From a virus (taxonomy: Duplodnaviria; Heunggongvirae; Uroviricota; Caudoviricetes): a DNA stretch of 25,829 bases. The stretch is from IMG/VR virus record IMGVR_UViG_2802429220_000017; one strand, given 5' to 3'. This document shows positions 1-9,098 of this stretch, one piece after another. The notes beneath the pieces were generated by a model. It did no database searches and was not told where the DNA came from. It saw only the letters and a program-made list of their open reading frames with translations. Made by a program: the position numbers and the translations under genes. Numbering within the stretch: the first letter of the stretch is position 1; each line of letters begins with the position of its first letter.

Positions 1-216
1 ATGAAATACATGGATAAGTTAACAACGGGTGTCGCCTATGGTACCTCAGCCGGTAGTGCCGGGTACTGGTTTTTACAGTTTCTCGATAAAGTCACGCCCT
101 CACAGTGGGCGGCAATAGGTGTGCTGGGTAGTCTGGTATTTGGCCTGCTGACGTACCTGACAAACCTTTATTTTAAGATTAAAGAAGACAGGCGTAAGGC
201 TGCGAGAGGAGAGTAA
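1..216 (+). CDS. S: Class II holin (pinholin, phage 21 S21-like); 71 aa with two hydrophobic segments and a charged C-terminal tail
   Basis: Protein closely resembles the recalled 71-aa S21 pinholin/EssD sequence (..[34 protein letters not shown]). Sits directly upstream of an endolysin. ORF begins at window position 1, so upstream context is missing. Confidence 0.85.
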   Translation: MKYMDKLTTGVAYGTSAGSAGYWFLQFLDKVTPSQWAAIGVLGSLVFGLLTYLTNLYFKIKEDRRKAARGE

Positions 217-220
217 GACA

Positions 221-439
221 ATGACTAAAAACTATGAACTGATTGTGAAAGGGACCCGCAATTTTGAGAATAAAGTTACGGTAATCTTAACGTTACAGGA
301 CAAAGAACGTTTTGCCGGTGAAATTTTTGATCTGAACATCAACCTTGAGCGACTTGAAGGAGCTGGCTTGGATTATTATGAAGTTACTGCGGTAAAACAT
401 GCCAAACAGTTCTTGAGAGATTTGGCTGAAAAAATATAA
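221..439 (+). CDS. Hypothetical 72-aa protein inserted between holin and endolysin; no recognisable family, no TM segment
   Basis: Intact ORF in the track. Strong SD (GAGGAGAG) about 8 nt upstream of the ATG, 4 nt after the holin stop. Markedly AT-rich compared with flanking lysis genes. Confidence 0.6.
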   Translation: MTKNYELIVKGTRNFENKVTVILTLQDKERFAGEIFDLNINLERLEGAGLDYYEVTAVKHAKQFLRDLAEKI

Positions 440-458
440 AGCGGCATTACTGCCGCTT
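440..458. terminator. Putative bidirectional intrinsic terminator between the two convergent small ORFs
   Basis: Inverted repeat AGCGGCA-ttac-TGCCGCT immediately after the stop at 439, flanked by A/T-rich sequence on both sides. Confidence 0.45.
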
Positions 459-463
459 AGAAA

Positions 464-670
464 TTATTCAATGTCTGGTAGCTTATCAAAGATTTCGGAT
501 ACTCTTATATTTGTCATATAAGCAAATTGAGATTCTGCCAGCTCTTTGGGTGATTTTCCTGCTTTTTCTGAGCCGAAAATTGTTTCTAAAGCCAGCATGT
601 TATATTTGAGAACCTCTTCTCGAGTTTTACCTGATAATTTTGCGGTAACAGCAATATAAAAAGGCAACAC
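464..670 (-). CDS. Hypothetical small protein (68 aa from a GTG start; 44 aa if the internal ATG is used), convergent with the preceding ORF
   Basis: Track ORF on the reverse strand. An in-frame TAA lies just upstream of the GTG, so the start is ambiguous. AT-rich; no family recognised. Confidence 0.45.
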   Translation of the reverse strand: MLPFYIAVTAKLSGKTREEVLKYNMLALETIFGSEKAGKSPKELAESQFAYMTNIRVSEIFDKLPDIE

Positions 671-888
671 TTTATCCAGAAGTGTCGTCGTGTTTTATCA
701 GTTGTGGTAATACCACATCAAGTTGCTTACTGATTGGTTTGAATGGATCTATACCGTTCATAGTTACATTCCCTTATCAGAGGTAATCAGCCATCCCCCC
801 TTTATTACATACGCCAGTATCCACCACTGACGGGCTGAGTGCTTAACATATCTAGAGATTAGAAGCTGATAAATCCTGATAAATATCC

Positions 889-1422
889 ATGAATGCTAAA
901 ATCAAATACGGCCTGTCAGCAGCCGTTCTGGCGCTGATTGCTGCAGGAGCGTCTGCTCCTCAAATACTTGACCAGTTTCTTGACGAAAAAGAAGGTAACC
1001 ACACAACGGCATACCGTGATGGCTCCGGAATATGGACCATCTGTCGGGGGGCAACAATGGTTGATGGTAAACCTGTTATTCCAGGCATGAAACTGACGAA
1101 GGAAAAATGCGCCCAGGTTAACGCCATTGAGCGTGATAAGGCGCTGGCATGGGTGGAACGCAATATTAAAGTGCCACTGACAGAACCACAAAAAGCGGGG
1201 ATCGCGTCATTTTGTCCCTATAACATTGGCCCCGGTAAGTGTTTTCCGTCGACGTTTTATAAGCGGCTGAATGCCGGTGATCGTAAGGGCGCATGCGAGG
1301 CGATTCGCTGGTGGATAAAAGATGGTGGGCGCGATTGCCGCATACGTTCAAATAACTGCTATGGACAGGTTATTCGTCGTGACCAGGAAAGCGCATTAGC
1401 CTGTTGGGGGATAGATCAGTGA
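889..1422 (+). CDS. R: SAR endolysin, T4-lysozyme-like muramidase (GH24) with N-terminal signal-anchor-release domain
   Basis: N-terminal Gly/Ala-rich weakly hydrophobic segment ([16 protein letters not shown]). Catalytic E-x8-D-x5-T spacing visible in [16 protein letters not shown]. Overall resemblance to phage 21 R21-type lysozymes. Confidence 0.9.
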   Translation: MNAKIKYGLSAAVLALIAAGASAPQILDQFLDEKEGNHTTAYRDGSGIWTICRGATMVDGKPVIPGMKLTKEKCAQVNAIERDKALAWVERNIKVPLTEPQKAGIASFCPYNIGPGKCFPSTFYKRLNAGDRKGACEAIRWWIKDGGRDCRIRSNNCYGQVIRRDQESALACWGIDQ

Positions 1423-1886
1423 GCAGAGTCGCCGCGATTATTTATGCTCTGGTTATCTGCATCATCGTCTGCCTGTCGTGGGCGGTCAATCATTACCGTG
1501 ATAACGCCATCGCCTACAAAGAACAGCGTGATAAAAAAGTCAGTGAGCTGAAGCAGGCAACCGCCACCATTATTGACATGCAGCAGCGCCAGCGTGCTGC
1601 TGATGCACTCGATGCTAAATACACGAAGGAGTTAGCTGATGCGAAAGCTGAAAATGATGCTCTTCGGCGCAAGCTTGATAATGGTGGTCGGGTGTTCGTC
1701 AAAGGAAAATGCCCTGTGCCATCCTCAGCCGAAACCTCCAGCGCCTCCGGCATGGGCAATGATGCCACCGTCGAACTCTCTCCAGTTGCTGGACGAAACG
1801 TTCTCGGTATCCGGGACGGAATCATCAGCGACCAGACAGCACTGAGAACGCTTCAGGAATACATCAGGACGCAATGCCTTCGATGA
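1404..1886 (+). CDS. Rz: Rz i-spanin (inner-membrane spanin); true start may be the in-frame GTG at about 1419
   Basis: N-terminal TM segment ([19 protein letters not shown]) followed by a charged coiled-coil-like periplasmic domain. Overlaps the endolysin stop. Contains an embedded +1-frame lipoprotein gene. Confidence 0.85.
   Translation: MGDRSVSRVAAIIYALVICIIVCLSWAVNHYRDNAIAYKEQRDKKVSELKQATATIIDMQQRQRAADALDAKYTKELADAKAENDALRRKLDNGGRVFVKGKCPVPSSAETSSASGMGNDATVELSPVAGRNVLGIRDGIISDQTALRTLQEYIRTQCLR
1639..1845 (+). CDS. Rz1: Rz1 o-spanin, outer-membrane lipoprotein encoded entirely within Rz in another frame
   Basis: Lipobox (LIMVVGC-SS) followed by a proline-rich sequence ([16 protein letters not shown]). 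Embedded in Rz exactly as in lambda. AAGGAG SD upstream of the ATG. Confidence 0.85.
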   Translation: MRKLKMMLFGASLIMVVGCSSKENALCHPQPKPPAPPAWAMMPPSNSLQLLDETFSVSGTESSATRQH

Positions 1887-2519
1887 TAGCGATAATTTTA
1901 CTCATCATCCTTCACATCTGGCTCTGTAGAAAGGGTGGTGATTACTTCTGGAGTGAATCCAGATTAAACATCTCATTGCTGATGCTTGAGGTTAAACATC
2001 TGGCGCGCGGTAAGGGGCTGCGTTGAGATAAGAGCCAGTTCATTACAAAGCCTATCTACGGATGGGCTTGATAATGGTTTGTTAACCTCGCTTATCACGA
2101 ACGGCATTACCGCAGGCATTCACTGAGTGCCTGCGATAATACTTTTGATAGTCAGATTACAGGATAAAAATTAGATCGAAGTAATAACCTCCTTCCATTG
2201 TGATTTTTCCTTCACGGTATAACTCGCAAAGAGAATCGAAAGTTTCTTCATGATTATCGTTCTCAGGGAACCATGCTGGCTGGAAAGCAACTTTTCCTTT
2301 TTCATTCATTACTTTTAACATATAAGGGATAACATCTTATTTTTTCATAAAAACCTCTTATTTTGATTGAAAAGTTTTACGTGGCATTTAGAGTACTTGA
2401 AGTCACTTCTCATCTTTAACGCCCTCCGCAAATACATCGAAAATAATATTCACTTTGTGATTTGTAGTTACCTTGGAAAGGTACATGACTAACGAGAATT
2501 ACTTCATCATTGACGGGTC

Positions 2520-2570
2520 CTCCCGGTGGGGTGGCCTGCCACGGGGCGGGAGCGTCGCGGAAAAAGGCTA
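2520..2570. other. Putative cos site; cosN candidate GGGCGGGAGCGT at about 2544-2555
   Basis: GC-rich island (GACGGGTCCTCCCGGTG...ACGGGGCGGGAGCGTCGCGG) resembling the recalled lambda end sequence (ACGGGTCCTTTCCGGTG...ACG-GGGCGGCGACCT-CGCGG). Lies about 180 bp upstream of the terS start, as in lambda. Confidence 0.55.
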
Positions 2571-2729
2571 GTTTTTGCATTTTTATCGGCCACCATCATC
2601 TTTGCATCTTATTGATTATTAATGGTTGTTTGTTTTTTGTATGTCGAATTGAGTGTTTTTTGTTCGACATCGAACGCGTTTTCTTAAAGTTGTTCGCACG
2701 ATGCATGTTTAAAGCTCTCCGGAGGAAAT

Positions 2730-3221
2730 ATGGATCATGAGTTGAAAAACCTGGTGCTGAATATTAATCAACTGGCGGCTTTATCTGGTCTGCACCGCCA
2801 GACTGTCGTGGCAAGACTGAAAAACATTCGTCCCGCTGGTGGACATGACAAACTCAAGCTATACCGGTTGACCGATATTCTGACTGAATTTATGGGGTTA
2901 CCACCGCCGGTTGCTGAGGGCGAAATGGATCCACATGAGCGCAAAGCCTGGTATCAGTCTGAACGTGAGCGTCTTAAGTTCGAACAGGAAACAGCACAAC
3001 TCATTCCGGCCAGTGATGTCAGACGGGAGTTTGCCATCTGGGCAAAAGCGGTCGTGCAGGTGCTGGAGACATTACCGGATATTCTGGAACGCGACTGCGG
3101 TCTGCAGCCTGCCGCTGTGAGCCGTGTTCAGTCCATTATTGATGATCTGCGCGATCAGATAGCCCTGCGGGTGACCGAAGCAGGTGCGGATGATGAGGAG
3201 GAATTACAGCAGGAGGAGTAA
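2730..3221 (+). CDS. Terminase small subunit (DNA-packaging protein) with N-terminal helix-turn-helix
   Basis: HTH-like segment INQLAALSGLHRQTVVARLK and acidic C-terminus. GGAGGAAATATG start. Its stop overlaps the terL start (TAATG). Confidence 0.75.
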   Translation: MDHELKNLVLNINQLAALSGLHRQTVVARLKNIRPAGGHDKLKLYRLTDILTEFMGLPPPVAEGEMDPHERKAWYQSERERLKFEQETAQLIPASDVRREFAIWAKAVVQVLETLPDILERDCGLQPAAVSRVQSIIDDLRDQIALRVTEAGADDEEELQQEE

Positions 3222-5323
3222 TGCTGAATCAGGAAACCGCAAAGGCAGCACGAACCGATTCAGGTTATATCCTTCGCGCACCGAGACGAATGCGGGTTGC
3301 TGATGCCGTTGCTCAGTATATGCAGGTGCCCATGGGGGCCGGGAACTCAGTCCCGTGGGATCCGCTGGTCGCACCGTATGTTATTGAGCCGATGAACTGC
3401 CTGGCCTCGCGTGAATACGACGCAGTGATATTTGTTGGTCCGGCACGAACCGGCAAGACTATCGGCCTGATTGACGGCTGGGTGATTTACAACGTGATTT
3501 GCGATCCTGCGGATATGCTGATCATTCAGATGACGGAGGAAAAAGCCCGCGAACACTCCAAAAAACGACTTGCCAGAACGTTTCGCGTCAGCCCGGAAGT
3601 GGTCAGTCGCCTGAGTCCGAACAAAAATGACAACAACGTTTATGACAGAACATTCCTTGCTGGCAACTACCTGAAAATCGGCTGGCCATCAGTCAATATC
3701 ATGTCCTCATCAGATTATAAATGCGTCGCGCTGACGGATTATGACCGTTTTCCGGAAGATATTGATGGCGAGGGGGATGCCTTCTCTCTTGCCTCAAAAC
3801 GTACCACCACATTTATGTCCAGTGGTATGACGCTGGTGGAGAGTTCCCCCGGCAGGGATGTGAAGGATGTGAAATGGCGACGGACTTCACCGCATGAGGC
3901 TCCGCCAACCACGGGGATACTGTCGCTCTATAACCGTGGCGATCGCCGTCGCTGGTACTGGCCCTGTCCACACTGTGGTGAGTATTTTCAGCCCTGCGGC
4001 GATGTGGTTGCTGGTTTCCGTGATATTGCCGATCCCGTGCTGGCAAGTGAGGCGGCTTATATTCAGTGTCCTTCCTGTTCAGGACGGATTATGCCTGAAC
4101 AAAAACGTGAGCTGAACGGACGTGGGGTCTGGTTGCGGGATGGTGAATCCATCAATGCGGATGGCAGTCGTTATGGTGATCCCCGACGTTCACGTATTGC
4201 GTCATTCTGGATGGAGGGTCCGGCAGCTGCTTACCAGACACTCTCGCAACTCGTTTACAAACTGCTTACTGCAGAACAGGAATACGAGACAACCGGAAGT
4301 GAAGAAACACTCAAGACGGTTATCAATACCGACTGGGGATTACCTTATCTTCCCCGCGCCAGCATGGAGCAACGAAAAAGTGAACTGCTTGAGCAGCGGG
4401 CAGAGCCAGTTCCTTCCCGCAGTGTGCCGGATGGCGTTAATTTCCTTGTGGCGACAGTGGATGTGCAGGCGGGACGTCATCGCCGTTTTGTGGTTCAGGT
4501 AACGGGCTATGGCAGCCGTGGTGAACGCTGGATTATTGATCGTTACAACATCACGCAGTCATTGCGCGGTGACAGCGACGGGGAGAGCCAGCGAATTGAT
4601 CCGGCCAGCTATCCGGAAGACTGGGATGTCCTGCTGACGGATGTTTTTCATAAAAGCTGGCCGCTGGCCTCCGATCCTTCTCAACAAATGCGACTGATGG
4701 CAATGGCGGTGGACTCCGGCGGTGAAGACGGGGTCACTGATAATGCCTATAAATTCTGGCGTCGTTGCCGTCGTGATGGCCTTGGTAAACGTATTTACCT
4801 GTTTAAGGGCGACAGCATCCGGCGCGCAAAACTGATCACCCGTACATTCCCTGATAACACCGGACGAACGGGCCGACGGGCGCAGGCCGCAGGTGATGTG
4901 CCGCTCTGGCTTCTTCAGACGGATGCCCTGAAAGACCGGGTGAATAACGCGTTATGGCGTGACTCGCCAGGTCCCGGCTATGTGCATTTCCCTGACTGGC
5001 TGGGGAGCTGGTTTTACGACGAACTGACGTATGAAGAGCGGAGCAGTGACGGGAAATGGAGTAAGCCGGGTCGCGGTGCCAACGAAGCTTTTGACCTGAT
5101 GGTGTATGCCGAGGCTCTGGTCATTCTGCATGGATACGAAAAGATCCGCTGGCCGGATGCACCGGAGTGGGCGAGCCGGGAAACCTGGCTGGAGTGTGTC
5201 CCGGACAGTACCGAACCGTCACCCTCACCGGAACCGGTATCCACGCCTGTTAAAAAACAAAAACGGAAGAAAACAGTAACTGACGATGTTAACCCCTGGC
5301 TGACTTCCGGAGGATGGTTATGA
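3221..5323 (+). CDS. Terminase large subunit (lambda gpA family)
   Basis: Walker A motif GPARTGKT. Cys-rich segment WPCPHCGEYFQ resembles the recalled lambda gpA ACPHCGE motif. 700 aa, positioned between terS and W/portal. Confidence 0.9.
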   Translation: MLNQETAKAARTDSGYILRAPRRMRVADAVAQYMQVPMGAGNSVPWDPLVAPYVIEPMNCLASREYDAVIFVGPARTGKTIGLIDGWVIYNVICDPADMLIIQMTEEKAREHSKKRLARTFRVSPEVVSRLSPNKNDNNVYDRTFLAGNYLKIGWPSVNIMSSSDYKCVALTDYDRFPEDIDGEGDAFSLASKRTTTFMSSGMTLVESSPGRDVKDVKWRRTSPHEAPPTTGILSLYNRGDRRRWYWPCPHCGEYFQPCGDVVAGFRDIADPVLASEAAYIQCPSCSGRIMPEQKRELNGRGVWLRDGESINADGSRYGDPRRSRIASFWMEGPAAAYQTLSQLVYKLLTAEQEYETTGSEETLKTVINTDWGLPYLPRASMEQRKSELLEQRAEPVPSRSVPDGVNFLVATVDVQAGRHRRFVVQVTGYGSRGERWIIDRYNITQSLRGDSDGESQRIDPASYPEDWDVLLTDVFHKSWPLASDPSQQMRLMAMAVDSGGEDGVTDNAYKFWRRCRRDGLGKRIYLFKGDSIRRAKLITRTFPDNTGRTGRRAQAAGDVPLWLLQTDALKDRVNNALWRDSPGPGYVHFPDWLGSWFYDELTYEERSSDGKWSKPGRGANEAFDLMVYAEALVILHGYEKIRWPDAPEWASRETWLECVPDSTEPSPSPEPVSTPVKKQKRKKTVTDDVNPWLTSGGWL

Positions 5324-5532
5324 ACCAGAATGATATCGAAGCCATGATTCAGCGTTATACGGAAGCTGAAATGGCGGTGCTGGACGGAAAATCCGTCACC
5401 TTTAATGGTCAGCAGATGACCATGGAAAACTTATCTGAGATCCGGCAGGGACGGCAGGAGTGGGAGCGCCGCCTTGCGGCTCTGATTACACGACGACGGG
5501 GGCATCCCGGGTACCGGCTGGCGAGGTTCTGA
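5320..5532 (+). CDS. W: Head-tail joining protein W-like (gpW family)
   Basis: About 70 aa with a basic C-terminus (RRRGHPGY) resembling recalled lambda gpW. ATGA overlap with the terL stop; its stop overlaps the portal ATG. Confidence 0.7.
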   Translation: MNQNDIEAMIQRYTEAEMAVLDGKSVTFNGQQMTMENLSEIRQGRQEWERRLAALITRRRGHPGYRLARF

Positions 5533-7040
5533 TGGCAATTCTTGATGATGTGATTGGCGTTTTTTCACCAGGATGGAAAGCGGCAAGGCTGCGTTCCCGT
5601 GCGGTGATCCAGGCTTATGAGGCCGTAAAAACGACGCGGACACACAAAGCCCGGCGGGAAAACCGAACTGCCGACCAGTTAAGCCAGTACGGGGCCGTGT
5701 CGTTACGTGAGCAGGCCCGTTACCTTGATAACAACCACGATCTGGTTATTGGTGTATTTGACAAGCTGGAAGAACGGGTGGTGGGGAAAAACGGGATTAT
5801 TGTCGAGCCACATCCGGTATTACGCAATGGGGCCATTGCCCGTGATCTGGCAGCGGAGATACGCACCCGATGGAGTGAATGGTCTGTCAGTCCGGAAGTC
5901 ACCGGGCAGTTTACCCGTCCGATGCTGGAACGTCTGATGCTGCGTACCTGGCTGCGCGATGGTGAGGTGTTTGCCCAGATGGTTTCCGGGCGCATAAACA
6001 GCCTGACGCCTTCTGCCGGTGTTCATTTCTGGCTGGAGGCGCTCGAGCCGGACTTTATTCCCATGACCAGTGATGAGAGCAACAGGCTGAATCAGGGCGT
6101 GTTTGTTGATGACTGGGGGCGTCCCGAAAAATATCTGGTGTATAAAAGCCGTCCCGTATCCGGGCGGCAGATGGAAACCAAAGAAGTGGATGCAGAGCGA
6201 ATGCTGCATCTTAAATTTGTTCGCCGTCTGCACCAGATGCGCGGGACGTCTTTGTTGTCCGGTGTGCTGATCCGCCTCAGTGCCCTGAAAGAGTATGAAG
6301 ATTCTGAGCTGACTGCAGCAAGGATCGCCGCTGCTCTGGGGATGTACATCCGCAAAGGCGACGGGCAGAGCTATGAACCGGATGGTAATGGCAGCAAGGA
6401 GAATGAACGCGAGCTTACCATTCAGCCAGGCATTATTTACGACGATCTGAAACCCGGCGAAGAAATCGGAATGGTGAAGTCGGATCGTCCCAATCCTAAC
6501 CTTGAAACTTTTCGTAATGGTCAGTTGCGTGCCGTGGCGGCGGGCAGTCGTCTGAGTTTTTCCAGTACGGCACGCAACTATAACGGCACTTACAGCGCCC
6601 AGCGTCAGGAACTGGTTGAGTCTACTGATGGCTACCTGATCCTGCAGGACTGGTTTATTGGTGCCGTCACCCGCCCGATGTATCGTGCCTGGCTGAAACA
6701 GGCTGTGGCATCCGGTGTTATCAGGCTACCCCGCGATCTTGACCGTTCTTCACTGTATACCGCGGTGTATTCCGGACCAGTGATGCCGTGGATTGACCCT
6801 GTTAAGGAGGCTGAGGCCTGGAAAATCCAGATTCGTGGTGGAGCGGCGACAGAATCAGACTGGGTACGTGCTGGTGGTCGTAATCCGGATGATGTCAAAC
6901 GTCGGCGCAAGGCCGAAATTGATGAAAACCGCAAGCTGGATCTGGTATTTGATACTGATCCGGCCAGTGATAAAGGAGGCAGCAGTGCCGCAACGAAACG
7001 ACAGGAGCCGCAGCACACCGACGACCAGTCCGAAGAATAA
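5532..7040 (+). CDS. Portal protein (lambda-type portal family)
   Basis: About 500-aa protein immediately after W and before the protease/capsid gene, with an acidic C-terminus. Family assigned mainly from position and size; the sequence differs from recalled lambda B. Start taken at the ATG overlapping the W stop rather than the track's upstream start. Confidence 0.8.
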   Translation: MAILDDVIGVFSPGWKAARLRSRAVIQAYEAVKTTRTHKARRENRTADQLSQYGAVSLREQARYLDNNHDLVIGVFDKLEERVVGKNGIIVEPHPVLRNGAIARDLAAEIRTRWSEWSVSPEVTGQFTRPMLERLMLRTWLRDGEVFAQMVSGRINSLTPSAGVHFWLEALEPDFIPMTSDESNRLNQGVFVDDWGRPEKYLVYKSRPVSGRQMETKEVDAERMLHLKFVRRLHQMRGTSLLSGVLIRLSALKEYEDSELTAARIAAALGMYIRKGDGQSYEPDGNGSKENERELTIQPGIIYDDLKPGEEIGMVKSDRPNPNLETFRNGQLRAVAAGSRLSFSSTARNYNGTYSAQRQELVESTDGYLILQDWFIGAVTRPMYRAWLKQAVASGVIRLPRDLDRSSLYTAVYSGPVMPWIDPVKEAEAWKIQIRGGAATESDWVRAGGRNPDDVKRRRKAEIDENRKLDLVFDTDPASDKGGSSAATKRQEPQHTDDQSEE

Positions 7041-7053
7041 TTCCTGGTTCAGG

Positions 7054-9012
7054 ATGCAGGCTGGTCACCAGAGTGACGCGGATATTTATATTTATGACGA
7101 GATTGGTTTCTGGGGTGTTACAGCGAAGCAGTTTATCAGTGATCTGAATGCACTGGGCGATATCACCCACATTAATCTCCATATTAATTCACCGGGTGGC
7201 GATGTCTTTGAAGGCATCGCCATTTTTAATGCGCTGAAAACACATGGTGCGTCCATTACCGTTTATGTCGACGGTGTGGCGGCGTCAATGGCGTCGGTCA
7301 TTGCGATGGTGGGAAACCCGGTCATTATGCCGGAAAACACCTTCATGATGATTCATAAACCATTTGGCTTTACGGGCGGTGATGCGGAAGACATGCGCAC
7401 CTATGCCGACCTGCTCGATAAGGTTGAGGCGGTTCTGTTACCCGCTTATGCACAGAAAACCGGGAAAACCACCGATGAAATTGCTGCCATGCTGGCGGAT
7501 GAGACCTGGATGTCCGGTGCCGAATGTCTGGCACATGGATTTGCTGATCAGGTAACGCCAGCCGTTAAGGCAATGGCATGTATTCAGTCAAAACGTACAG
7601 AGGAATTTAAAAAGATGCCGGAATCCATTCGAAACATGATTACTCCGCCACGCAACAGTGCTCCACGCGTACAGGATAATGAACCTGTAGCCTCCCGGAC
7701 GCCAGTGCAGGCAGCAGCACCCGTGGTGGATGAAAACAGTATCCGTGCGCAGGTACTGGCAGAGCAAAAAGCGCGTGTAAACGGTATTAATGATTTGTTT
7801 GCCATGTTTGGCGGGCGTTATCAGACGCTGCAGGCTCAGTGTCTTGCCGATCCTGAATGTTCGCTGGAGCAGGCCCGCGAAAAGCTGTTGAACGAGATGG
7901 GGCGCGAGTCCACGCCATCCAATAAAAATACCCCGGCTCATATTTATGCCGGTAACGGTAATTTTGTGGGGGACGGGATCCGCCAGGCGCTGATGGCGCG
8001 TGCCGGATTTGAAAAAACCGAACGTGATAATGTCTACAACGGGATGACCCTGCGTGAATATGCTCGTATGTCACTGACTGAACGGGGGATTGGGGTTTCC
8101 AGTTATAACCCGATGCAGATGGTCGGTGCGGCGTTCACACACAGTACGTCTGACTTCGGTAATATTCTGCTGGATGTTGCGAACAAAGCCATTCTGCAGG
8201 GCTGGGAAGATGCCCCTGAAACCTATGAACAGTGGACGCGGAAAGGTCAGTTGTCTGATTTTAAAATTGCCCATCGTGTGGGTATGGGGGGCTTCAGTGC
8301 TCTGCGTCAGGTGCGTGAAGGGGCGGAATATAAATACGTCACCACCGGAGATAAACAGGCCACTATTGCACTGGCGACCTATGGCGAGCTGTTCAGTATC
8401 ACCCGTCAGGCCATTATCAATGATGATCTGAATATGCTGACCGATGTCCCGATGAAACTGGGTCGTGCGGCGAAATCCACTATTGCCGATCTGGTTTATG
8501 CCATTCTGACGTCTAACCCGAAAATATCCACAGATAATGTAAGTCTGTTCGATAAAGCGAAACATGCAAACGTACTGGAGAGCGCTGCAATGGACGTGGC
8601 ATCGCTGGATAAAGCCCGCCAGTTGATGCGTGTTCAGAAAGAGGGGGAGCGTCATCTGAATATTCGTCCTGCGTTCGTACTGGTACCGACGGCGATGGAG
8701 TCTGTTGCTAACCAGGTCATTCGCTCCTCAAGTGTCAAGGGGGCTGACATTAACGCCGGTATTATTAACCCGGTGAAAGATTTTGCGACCGTTATTGCAG
8801 AGCCTCGTCTTGATGATAACAGCCAGACCACTTTCTACCTGGCTGCGTCCAAAGGCTCCGATACGATTGAAGTGGCTTATCTCAACGGTGTGGATACGCC
8901 ATATATTGATCAGATGGAGGGCTTCAGTGTGGATGGCGTGACAACGAAAGTGCGTATTGACGCCGGTGTCGCGCCAGTTGATCACCGCGGTCTGGTGAAA
9001 TGTACGGCGTAA
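7054..9012 (+). CDS. Fused prohead protease (ClpP/S49-like) - scaffold - major capsid protein (HK97-fold), one 652-aa ORF
   Basis: N-terminal protease-like motifs (HINSPGGDVFEGIAIFNALK...VDGVAASMASVIAMVG). A central Ala/Gln-rich linker. A roughly 330-aa C-terminal region typical of major capsid proteins. Start taken at the in-frame ATG at 7054 just after the portal stop; the track ORF extends spuriously upstream. Confidence 0.75.
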   Translation: MQAGHQSDADIYIYDEIGFWGVTAKQFISDLNALGDITHINLHINSPGGDVFEGIAIFNALKTHGASITVYVDGVAASMASVIAMVGNPVIMPENTFMMIHKPFGFTGGDAEDMRTYADLLDKVEAVLLPAYAQKTGKTTDEIAAMLADETWMSGAECLAHGFADQVTPAVKAMACIQSKRTEEFKKMPESIRNMITPPRNSAPRVQDNEPVASRTPVQAAAPVVDENSIRAQVLAEQKARVNGINDLFAMFGGRYQTLQAQCLADPECSLEQAREKLLNEMGRESTPSNKNTPAHIYAGNGNFVGDGIRQALMARAGFEKTERDNVYNGMTLREYARMSLTERGIGVSSYNPMQMVGAAFTHSTSDFGNILLDVANKAILQGWEDAPETYEQWTRKGQLSDFKIAHRVGMGGFSALRQVREGAEYKYVTTGDKQATIALATYGELFSITRQAIINDDLNMLTDVPMKLGRAAKSTIADLVYAILTSNPKISTDNVSLFDKAKHANVLESAAMDVASLDKARQLMRVQKEGERHLNIRPAFVLVPTAMESVANQVIRSSSVKGADINAGIINPVKDFATVIAEPRLDDNSQTTFYLAASKGSDTIEVAYLNGVDTPYIDQMEGFSVDGVTTKVRIDAGVAPVDHRGLVKCTA

Positions 9013-9035
9013 ACGTCGCAGACAACAACTCTGAT

Positions 9036-9056
9036 GGCCCGTAAGGGCTTTTTTTG
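9036..9056 (+). terminator. Intrinsic terminator after the capsid gene
   Basis: GCCC-gtaa-GGGC hairpin followed by a run of 7 T, about 25 nt after the capsid stop. Confidence 0.55.
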
Positions 9057-9098
9057 TACCTGAAATCAGCCCCTGAACGGGGCTGTGCGGAGACAGTT

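Noticed and set aside
2510-2740. 76-aa + strand ORF just upstream of terS
   Set aside because: Overlaps the putative cos site and AT-rich regulatory DNA. Product is Cys/Phe/Ile-rich low-complexity, with no SD. More likely non-coding.
6793-7053. Upstream extension of the capsid ORF starting inside the portal gene
   Set aside because: The track simply reports the longest ORF. The ATG at 7054, just after the portal stop and beginning a protease-like sequence, is the sensible start.
8071-8655. 194-aa minus-strand ORF inside the capsid gene, and similar minus-strand ORFs across 7584-9795
   Set aside because: Antisense to well-supported head genes, with no start signals and no recognisable domains.
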